This document shows positions 53,830 to 64,000 of a DNA stretch of 64,000 nucleotides, piece by piece. The translations under genes were made by a program, and so were the position numbers. Below the pieces are notes generated by a model, which was not told the origin of the DNA, did no database searches, and saw only the letters and a list, made by a program, of their open reading frames with translations. This DNA is from Octopus vulgaris (Eukaryota): assembly GCA_951406725.2 (NCBI GenBank), contig OX597840.1, forward strand, positions 27,466,001 to 27,530,000. Direction: 5' to 3'. How positions within the stretch are numbered: position 1 is the stretch's first letter; the number at the start of each line of letters is the position of its first letter.

Positions 53830-54172
53830 TATCTTCTTCTTCTTCTTCTTCTTCTTCTTCTTCTTCTTCTTCTTCTTCTTCTTCTTCTTCTTTCTTCTTC
53901 TTCTTCTTTTTCTTCTTCTTCTTTTTCTCCTCCTCCTTCTTCTTCGTCTTCTTCTTCTTCTTCTCCCCCCCCTCCTCCTCCTCCTCCTCAACTCCTTCTT
54001 CATCTTGTTGTTGTTGTTGTTGTTGTTGTTCTTCTTCTTCTTCTTCTTCTTCTTCTTCTTCTTCTCCTCCTCCCCTCCTCCCCCTCCTCCTCCTCCTTCT
54101 TCATCTTCTTTTTCTTCTTGTTATTGCTGTTGTTCTTCTTCCAATTCTTCTTCTTCTTCTTCTTCTTCTTCT

Positions 54173-54205
<33 letters not shown>

Positions 54206-54523
54206 CCTCCTTCTTCTTCTTCTTCTTCTTCTTCTTCTCCTCCTCCCCTCCTCCCCCTCCCCCTCCCCCTCCTCCTCTTCCTTCTTCATCTTCTTTTTCT
54301 TCTTGTTATTGCTGTTGTTGTTGTTCTTCTTCTTCTTCTTCTTCTTCTTCTTCTTCTTCTTCTTCTTCTTCTTCTTCTTCTTCTTCTTCTTCTTCTCCTC
54401 CTCCTCTCCTCCCCCTCCCCTCCCCCTCCTTCTTCATCTTCTTTTTCTTCTTGTTATTGCTGTTGTTGTTGTTGTTGTTCTTCATCTTCTTCTTCTTTTT
54501 CTTCTTCTTCTTCTTCTTCTTCT

Positions 54524-54570
<47 letters not shown>

Positions 54571-55100
54571 TAATTCCAGCGGGGGTCGTTATCACAGGAG
54601 GAATGATTATGCATAATGGTTAGTTAATGAAGCGGTCAAATGGTGGCGAGAGATATATGGATGGTGTTTGTTGAAGAGCTTACTGGTGGTGGTGGTAGCA
54701 GTGGTGGTATTGGTGGTGGCGGTGATGTCAGTGGTGATGGTGGTGTGGTTGTGACGATGTAATTGGTGGTAATCATGGTGATGATAGTTGTGGTGGTAGT
54801 GGTTGTGGTGGTAGTTGTGGTGGTGATGTTTGTGCTGTGTGTGGTTGAGATGATGGAAGTGATGGTTGTGGTATTGGTAGTTGTGATGGTGGTGGTGATG
54901 ATGGTGGTGGTGTTGGGAGCAGTGGTGGTGGTGGTGGTAGCGGTGGTGGTGGTGGTGGTAGCGGCGGTGGTGGTTGTGATGATGTAAGTGGTGGTGGTGA
55001 TGGTGGTGGTGGTGGCCGTCGTCCTTGTCGTTGTGCTGACGATGGTAGTGTTTGTCTAATGATTGTAACTGTGGTGGTGGTGGTGGTGGTGGTGGTAGTT
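53830..55100. repeat. (TTC)n/(CTC)n tract (53830-54570) and (GGT)n tract (54680-55100)
   Basis: Direct. Confidence 0.95.
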
Positions 55101-56133
55101 CTGGTGCAATGAAATGAAACAGTCAAATCAGATCCAATGAGCAGAAAGCAATTGTAGCATGTCCGTAGGCCAGTATTGGTTTGTTTACGTCCCCGTAACA
55201 TAACAGTTCTGCAACAGAGACCGATACAATAAACAACAAGCTTTAAAATGAAAGATAATAATTACTGGGTCAAATTTGTCCGACTGAAACCCTTCAAGGT
55301 GCTGCTCCAGCATGGCCGCTGTCTCATCACCGACAACACCACTGCTCCCACCATCACCACCACCATCACTACTACGAACAGCAGCACCAACACCACAACC
55401 ATCACTTCGATTATCTCAACCACACAGCACAAACATCACCACCATCACCATCAAAACAACCACCGACACCACCACTACCACCACAAGTGTAACATGAAAG
55501 GGGACATTTAACGTTGTAAACGGCCAATGATTTGGCGGGGCAGGGACACTGGGATGGATTGTTTGAGTTCTACTGAATGCCATGAATGGTTGCAGCGTTT
55601 CTCATCGGAAAAAACATTCACTGAAAATAATTCCAAAATGGACGCTTTTCCAGGTCAATGGACGATGATTAGATTTTGAGATGTGTTCTGTAATCCGTGA
55701 AAACAGTTGTCTGGTTGGTTGTTCGAGAAGTTTCCGAAGAAATAGGCTAACTATAAAAGACGATGGTATCCTTTATTTTACGTTTGTTTCAATCATTGGA
55801 CTGCGCCCAGGCTGGGGCGCCGTCTTTAAGGAGTTTTGTCGAACTGATTGTCAGCAGTATTAATTGGATTTTCTTTTAAAGTCTCGTGCTTAATTTATCA
55901 GTCGCTATTTGCCGACCTGCTAAAGTTACGGGATGTAAAGAAACAAACATCGGTTTTAAGCGCTGGTGGAGACCATAGGTATGCATACATAAATACATAC
56001 ATGCATGCATACATATGTACATAAAGTTCACCATTTAAGTATATATTAGGATGTCTTGATATGCAACTATACGCATGAGAATACATGCATAAAACAAAAC
56101 ATACAAATCAGCATACATACATACATACATACA

Positions 56134-56214
<81 letters not shown>

Positions 56215-56219
<5 letters not shown>

Positions 56220-56684
56220 CAAGTCAAAATAGAAAATGCTAAAATAATTTTATAGTGAACATTTCAGTACCGGTTTCGGTCATTTTGAGACCTTTTCAAC
56301 TGTAACGATTAAATAATTAAATAAAAAATTAGAAGAAAAATTAGAAGAAAAGTTTTTTTAAAGGAATATTTCTATAGTAGTGTTCAGATATAGTGGCATT
56401 CTGCCTTTCTCTGACTCCCTTGTTTGCACTTGTGTGTTCGAGGTCGTTGTGACGACCTCGAACACACAAGTGCAAACAAGGGAGTCAGAGAAAGGCAGAA
56501 TGCCACTTATATCTGAACACTACTATAGAAATATTCCTTTAAAAAAACTTTTCTTCTAATTTTTTCTTCTAATTTTTTATTTAATTATTTAATCGTTACA
56601 GTTGAAAAGGTCTCAAAATGACCGAAACCGGTACTGAAATGTTCACTATAAAATTATTTTAGCATTTTCTATTTTGACTTGTTT

Positions 56685-56686
<2 letters not shown>
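56215..56686. repeat. Near-perfect ~470-bp palindrome between (TA)n tracts
   Basis: Centre AGGTCGT tgtg ACGACCT (loop 56448-56451); arms differ only by small indels. Confidence 0.95.
56599..56636 (+). ncRNA. Minimal hammerhead with U3-A8 core (mirror copy on minus strand at ~56265-56302)
   Basis: CAG-TTGAAAA-GGTC tcaaaat GACC-GAAA-CCGG-TA-CTG. Confidence 0.7.
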
Positions 56687-56744
<58 letters not shown>

Positions 56745-56751
56745 AATGGAA

Positions 56752-57120
56752 TGGAAGCACTCCGTCGGTTCCGACGACGAGGGTTCCGGTTGATCCGATC
56801 AACAGAACAGCCTGCCCATGAAATTAACGTGTAAGTGGCTGAGCACTCCACAGACACGTGTACCCTTAACGTAGTTCTCGGGGATATTCAGCGTGACACA
56901 CAGAATGTGACAAGGCCGGCCCTTTGAAATATAGGTACAACAGAAACAGAAAGAAAGAGTGAGAGAAAGTTGTGGTGAAAGAGTACAGCAGGGATCACCA
57001 CCATCCCCTGCCGGAGCCACGTGGAGCTTTAGGTGTTTTCGCTCAATAAACACTCACAACGCCCGGTCTGGGAATCGAAACCGCGAGTCCGCTGCCCTAA
57101 CCACTGGGCCATTGCGCCTC

Positions 57121-57123
<3 letters not shown>
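56752..57123 (-). mobile_element. SINE family B with (TTCCA)n tail
   Basis: Match to 11709-12092. Confidence 0.88.
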
Positions 57124-57182
<59 letters not shown>

Positions 57183-57184
57183 TA

Positions 57185-57825
57185 ATCCTTAAATCCTTAA
57201 AAATGTTTTAGCCCGAAGGCCGCGGCCATGCTGGGGCACCACCGCTGAATGAGCTACACTAATTTGTGAATCCACCTCTGATACGTGGCACTTGATCAAC
57301 AAGGGAGTTCGATGCTGCTGCCCGCATCCGCGTCTCCTGTCGTGAGGTAGGTTCATCTGGGACTCCCAACAAGAAGAGATCCAGTTTAGTTTTAAAGAAA
57401 CCCACATCCACACCATGTAAGTCTCTCAGGCATTTAGGGAGGATGTTAAAGAGCTGTGGTCCTCTGAAACCCAAGCTGTTGCATTACCTGGACCTGTATT
57501 TTGATGGTGATGTTGGAATCCTTGGCACCATGCAGTGGCGCCCCGTTCTGCGGTTGGGGTAACTTTGAATGCCAAAGTTTGGGACAAGACCCTCCAGGAT
57601 TTTCCAGATGTATATCACCGCATATCTCTCCCGCCTCCGCTCTAGGGAGAAGAGGTTTAATACCTTCAGTCTTTCCCAGTAGCTGATATTTTGCATTGAG
57701 ACGATTTTCTTTGTGTAGCTTCTCTGAGTTGCTTCGAGTTCTGCTGTTAGTTTTATATTGTGTGGTGACCACAGTTGGGAGCAGTAGTCCAAGCGGCTGA
57801 GTACGAATATTTTCCATAGGACCAT

Positions 57826-57828
<3 letters not shown>
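57185..57828 (-). mobile_element. CR1-group LINE 3' end (ORF2 C-terminus with in-frame stop, 3' UTR, tail)
   Basis: SRLDYCSQLWSP...YWERLKVLNLFSLERRRERY...WKILEGLVPN...GPQLFNILP...FKTKLDLFL. Confidence 0.9.
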
Positions 57829-57856
<28 letters not shown>

Positions 57857-57908
57857 CATAAACACACACACATGTATATATAATGTATATATATATGTTC
57901 TTTTGTAT

Positions 57909-57956
<48 letters not shown>

Positions 57957-58004
57957 CACACACACACACACACGCACATATATATATATGTATGTATATG
58001 TATA

Positions 58005-58320
58005 TAAAATACAAAATGGGACAAGAACGCAAAACATCTGGAGAGCTAGGTGATAAAAAAAGGGACAACAAAACATCCAGATAGACGATACAAAGAAGAC
58101 AAGGACGGGTAATTCGAAGCCCTCTATCCTCAGTCAAGCACCAGATTATCCTCGCAATTTCGGCTGATTATTCTTGAGATTGCTCCAATCTGGCCAGCCC
58201 CAAGGAAAAACTAAAACTAAGCTAAGAACATTAGATTCCTTGGAAGATAGTATCGAATGTATACGAAAACAAGGATGGAAAAAACGGTCAAAGTTACACA
58301 AATACGAATACAATAATAAA
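58005..58320 (-). mobile_element. Penelope-LTR-like repeat; paralog at 24140-24256
   Basis: Shared GGACAAGAACG...ATTCGAAGCC...CAGTCAAG...TCCTCGCAATTTCGGCTG; degenerate CTGA.GA...GAAT core. Confidence 0.4.
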
Positions 58321-58562
58321 TACACACACACACACACACACACACACAAAACATACACACATAGATACTGTCATACCAGGATGAACAAAACATGCATAGC
58401 AGATGCGCATGTACAAATGCACACACACACACGTGTGTGTATGAATGTGTATATATATATATATATCGATATCTATATATATATGTAGATATTCATGCAT
58501 ATGTACATATTATATGTAAACATATATGCATAAATATACATACATACATGATACATACATGC

Positions 58563-58625
<63 letters not shown>

Positions 58626-58671
58626 CATATATATATATAGATACACATACATACATATATATATATGTATG

Positions 58672-58741
<70 letters not shown>

Positions 58742-58886
58742 CATATATGAAAGTGTGTATCAAAGAGTATGTATATATGGGACAGCATTGCGGCCGGCCA
58801 CAAACACAGATGTCCAGAGATCAATATTTGTTCACTGTTGCTGACTCTTCACTGCTTGACACACAGACAGATGCACAGAGAGTAAG

Positions 58887-58931
<45 letters not shown>

Positions 58932-59295
58932 TCACACGCACATGCACACACACACATGCACATATATACCCCCACACATAGACACATTGACATACGCTGA
59001 CATTTATACATATATATATATATATATATACACACACGTAGACTCACAAAGATATATACATGTTCTCATATGTATATATATATTATATATACGTATCTAT
59101 CTACCCGTGTATGTCAGTGTCTTGTGTGTATAAATGCATATATGTATGTATAAATGTATCTATACATATACGTGTGTGTCAGTGTGTTTAATACATACAT
59201 ACATACATACATACATGCATACATGCATACATACATATATGTGTCTGTGTATGTGTGTATGCATGTATGTATGTATATGTATATATATATATATA

Positions 59296-59384
<89 letters not shown>

Positions 59385-59410
59385 CGAGGAATGTTCGTCA
59401 GGGTGTCTGA

Positions 59411-59452
<42 letters not shown>

Positions 59453-59779
59453 CGTATAAATACGTGTGTGTATATACGTTGATGTATGTATACATGTGTG
59501 TGTGCTTTCCGTGTGCATGTATGTACCTTCGCTTGTAAGTATATGTTTATCTACGTATATACATGTGTGTGTACATATATATACATATACATACTTGTAT
59601 AAGGAGATGCTGACACATATACATATACGCACATGTGCACACCCTCCCACACACATTCGTTTGATTGTGCTTTTGACCGAAATTACGTTTCGAGCAGAAA
59701 CTCTTACGAGGTCACTAGAGAAGCTAGAAACACCAGCCAAGTTCTGTTATTAACCGAACCACAAAAAACTTTCTCCACT

Positions 59780-60184
59780 CTCTTTACTCTTTTACTTGTT
59801 TCAGTCATTTGACTGTGGCCATGCTGGAGCACCACCTTTTAGTCGAGCAAATCGACCCCAGGACTTATTCTTTGTAAGCCTAGTACTTATTCTATCGGTC
59901 TCTTTTGCCGACCCGCTAATTTATGGGGACGTAAACACAACAGCATCGGTTGTCAAGCAATGCTAGGGGGACAAACACAGACACACAAACACACACACAT
60001 ACATATATATACATATATACGATGGGCTTCTTTCAGTTTCCGTCTACCAAATCCCCTCACAAGGCTTTGGTCGGTCTTAGGCTATAGTAGAAGACACTTG
60101 CCCAAGGTGCCACGCAGTGGGAATGAACCCAGAACCATGTGGTTGGTAAGCAAGCTATTTACCACACAGCCACTCCTACGCCTT
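59780..60184 (-). mobile_element. SINE family A
   Basis: Reverse match to 1089-1503. Confidence 0.9.
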
Positions 60185-60589
60185 TTTGCAACAAACATCG
60201 AATAATGTAATGCCAGATATTCCCTAAATAGATGGGGTGGTCACAGCTGGAATGCATTTGACAATATATCATTGCTGGGTACATCTGAAGCTAACCTAAT
60301 ATACCAACGTTAAAATTGGGTCCAAGTTTTGCCACGATATCGGCAAGTAAGAGGGTTACATCGATCGACCTTAGTGCTCAACTGGTACCTGTTTTATCGA
60401 CTCCGAAGGGAATAAGCGCAGAGTCGACCTCGGTGGAATTTGAACTCAGATCATTGAGACAGAATGAAATGCCGCGAAATATTTAGTCCTGCGTTGTAAC
60501 GATTCTGCTATCTCTCTGCCTTAACACTGCGAAATATTGGCTTCAGATTTTGGTAGAGGCCAGCAATCTCGACCCTAGTACTCAACAGA

Positions 60590-61112
60590 GACGTGCAACC
60601 AAACGCATACCCTCCATCAGACACCTACCATACTCTGAGCGCCTTGTTTCCTGGGCATGGATTCACTGAAGCTCCGGCGTCTGGCGATGGACTTGGTAAA
60701 CACCCACAAAGTTATCAACCATCTCACCAACAACAACACTGAACACCTTTTTGATCTCCATGCGTCCAACACACGTGGACATGCCTACAAAGTCAGAAAA
60801 CAGCACAGCTCCTTCCATGACTTTCGGAAACATATTTTCAGGCTCAGAGTTGCCGAAGCATGGAACAAACTGCCAGCGTCAGTTGTTGATTGCCATGACA
60901 CTGCATCCTTTAAGGCCCTCATGCTTTCCGAAATCCGCCGAAACTACACCTGATTGTCCCCCTTCCATACTCATACACATATGTATATGTAATGACTCAT
61001 GCACTGTTCTTTTCCTGACGCTTGTACATTACCCTATGTACTATACATACACTTTAGATTAGCTGTAGTGCACCTGAGCACTGTACACAATGTTTTATTA
61101 TTATTATTATTT
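60590..61112 (+). mobile_element. CR1 LINE 3' end with (TTA)n tail
   Basis: RATKRIP...YSERL...SLKLRRL..DL...TRGH..K...FRLRVAEAWNKLPASVV...SFK. Confidence 0.88.
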
Positions 61113-61127
61113 TTTAACTCGTACTTA

Positions 61128-61357
61128 AAAATAATAATAATAATGAAATTATTGTATACAGTTCTCAGGTGCACCACAACTTGTCAGAAAGTGCGTATAA
61201 AGTGTATGCAGTAATGTACAAATGTCTGAAAAGCGAACAGTGTATGAGTCAGATACATGCTTGCGTGTGCATGGAGGGGAGAAAATCAGGTGTAGTGTTG
61301 GCGAATCTCAGGAAGCATGGAAGTTTTGAAGGATGCAGTGCTCCGACAACTAACAAG
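61128..61357 (-). mobile_element. Related CR1 3' end, tail-to-tail with the previous element
   Basis: LVSCRSTASFKTSMLPEIRQHYT* and shared terminal GTGCACCTGAG.ACTGTA.ACAAT(TTA)n. Confidence 0.8.
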
Positions 61358-61564
61358 TCGACCTCGGAGGAATTTGAACTCAAAACGTAAAGACAGACGC
61401 AACGCCGCTAACACCCGACAGCAACGTAATATTAATGCAAGTAGGCGATAGGGCGTTTCATCCTTTCTCCCGTCCAATTCATCAATGCCATACAAGGAGA
61501 TCTATGAGCTGAGACCTGTACACGGTGGCTGGGGAAGGCCTTTGCCCTCGAGAAGTGAGAAAAT

Positions 61565-61600
61565 ATTTTACGTTTCGAGCCTACGCTCTTCATCAGAAAG
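61565..61600 (-). ncRNA. Minimal hammerhead motif, intact core
   Basis: TTT-CTGATGA-A-GAGC gtag GCTC-GAAA-CG-TA-AAA. Confidence 0.7.
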
Positions 61601-61685
61601 GAACAGAGAAATAAACAGGGAGAGAAAATAAAATGGTATAGTGGCTAGTGATCTATCATGGCGAATGCCTATATATATATATACA

Positions 61686-62270
61686 CGACGGGCTTCTTTC
61701 AGTTTCCGTCTACCAAATCCACTCACAAGGCTTTGGCCGGCCCGTGGCTATAGTAGAAGGCACTTGCCCAAGGTGCCACGCAGTAGGACTGAACCCGGAA
61801 CTATGTAGTTGGTAAGCAAGCTACTTACCACACATCCATTCCTTGGCCTATACTCTTACTCTTTACTCTTTTACTTGTTTCAGTCATTTGACTGCGGCCA
61901 TGCTGGAGCACCGCCTTTAGTCCAGCAAATCGACACCGGGACTTATTCTTTGTAAGCCCAGTACTTATTCTATCTGTCTCTTTGGCCGAACCGCTAAGTA
62001 ACGGGGACGTAAACACACCAGCATCGGTTGTCAAGCAATGCTTGGGGGGACAAACACAGACACACAGACATACACAGACACAAAGATATATATATATACA
62101 TATATACGACAGGCTTCTTTCAGTTTCCGTCTACCAAATTTACTCACAAGGCATTGGCCGGCCCGGGGCTATAGCAGAAGACACTTGCCCAAGGTGCCAC
62201 GCAGTGGGACTGAACCCGGAACTATGTGGTTGGTAAGCAAGCTACTTACCACACAGCCACGCCTGCGCCT
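61686..62270 (-). mobile_element. SINE family A, head plus full copy
   Basis: Reverse match to 1089-1503. Confidence 0.9.
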
Positions 62271-62529
62271 AATTTAACAAATTAACTAATTTAACAAATT
62301 AAATTAATCTAAATTAATTAAATGCTCTAAATACTGTAAACTAATTAAGCAATCCTCCTATCTAAATTCGCAACCACCAAAGTCTTTTAAGAATTTTTCC
62401 GAAAACAATCTTACAGATTTCCAGTGTGTGGTGGAGGTCGGAAGATGGAGGTGGACACACGGAATACAGGTTGGAGTACATTGAGCAGGAGACTCCGAGT
62501 ACATCTGTGAGAGTACTTCAAGTATTACT

Positions 62530-62999
62530 CACTTTTCTCTCATTCTCTCTCTCTCTTCTCTCTCTCTCTATCTATCTAGCTATCGATCTGTTTGTCTGTC
62601 TCTATCACTGCGTCTCTCTCTATTTCTCTTTCTCTCTCTTTCTCTCACTGTCTTTTCCTCTTTCACTATTTCTTCCTCTCTTTCTCCCTCTTTCTCTCTT
62701 GATCTTTCTCCCCCCCTCTCTCCCCCTCTCTCTCCCTCTTTCTTCTTCTCTCTTTCACGTTCTCTCTCTCTCTCTCTCACACATTCCATTCTTGTCTTTC
62801 TCTCATTCTCTGCCTCTATGCCTCTCTCTATCTCTTTCATTCTCTCCTTGTTTGTTTCTCATTCCATCCTTGTCTTTTTCTTATTCTCTCTCTCTCTTTC
62901 ACTCCCATTCCCTCCTTCTCTATCTCTCATTCTCCCGCTCTTGTTCTCATTATCTCCTTGTCTTTTTCTCTCTCTCATTCCAATCTAGTTTTCTCTTAT

Positions 63000-63082
<83 letters not shown>

Positions 63083-63360
63083 CTCTCTCTTTCTCTCACT
63101 TTCTTTCCTTCCTGTTTCCTCCTTCTCTCTCTCATTCTCCCGTTTTTGTTCTCATTATCTCTCTCTCTCTCATTCCAATCTCGTTTTTCTCTTATTCTTT
63201 CTTTCCTTCTCCCCCTCTCTCTCTCTCACTTTCTTTCCTTCCTGTTTCCTCCTTCTCTCTAAATCTCATTCTCCCGCTTTTGTTCTCATTATCTCCTTGT
63301 CTTTTTCTCTCTCTCATTCTAATCTCGTTTTTCTCTTATTCTTCCTTCCTTTCTCTCTTG

Positions 63361-63406
<46 letters not shown>

Positions 63407-63470
63407 ATCTCACTTTCTTTCCTTCCCGCTTCCCCCTCCTCCATCTCCCATTCTCCCCCCCCCCCCACCT
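62530..63470. repeat. Polypyrimidine (CT/CTTT) tract with internal duplications
   Basis: Direct. Confidence 0.95.
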
Positions 63471-64000
63471 CACCCATCTCCAATAAAAGCTCGCCTTTCC
63501 AAAAACTGTCGGTCAGGTTTTAATGTCAAACAGATATCCATCCATCCATCCATCCATTCATCCTCTCTTTGAAAAATTACACGCAAAAGAAACCTTTAAC
63601 GTTTCGCTAAATGTTGCACTTAAAAGAATGGCCGTAAAACGTTGGACAAAAGCGAAATACCAAGCAAATGGAAAGCTTATTCAAGTAGAATAAATACAAC
63701 AGCTTCTCCCATTGAAAATGTCGACGCTTTTTCAATACGGCGAAGCAAATGCATAGCGCTATGGCCGCCGTTGCACTTTCTTCTACCAAGCGAATATCTG
63801 ACGCGTTTTCTTCGCTAAGTGTCCAAGAAACGCAAGCAAGAATCCGACTTTCAATAGGTTCGAGTCCTTATGTATTATTTTAAGAACTCGGCAAAAGTGG
63901 AGGAACGGAATTGTTTTTCTCGGTGAAAGAAAAGAAGTTTTAACGGTTAGATGAAAAGTTGAGATTTTCTTTCGCTGGAACTCCTAAAGAAACTTATTAG

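Overview
Repeat-dense eukaryotic non-coding (intronic or intergenic) scaffold sequence with one 100-N gap. The SINE, microsatellite and transposon content looks like a cephalopod (Octopus-type) genome; this is an inference from repeat style. No intact protein-coding gene is evident, and almost all long ORFs are microsatellite or SINE artefacts. Contents: at least four tRNA-head SINE families; CR1-group, RTE, HERO-type and other REL-domain LINE 3' fragments; non-autonomous Helitrons; Tc1/mariner relics; a Gypsy-like integrase relic; two weak exon candidates; and promoter/enhancer-like islands. The most notable signal is about ten minimal type I hammerhead-ribozyme motifs from several unrelated sequence families. 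Four loci carry them inside long foldback palindromes (125-470 bp), three abutting (TA)n tracts, so both strands encode the ribozyme; one has a compensatory U3-A8 core. Also notable are a degenerate ~29-bp-period array and a covarying 3' stem-loop shared by a LINE and two SINE families.
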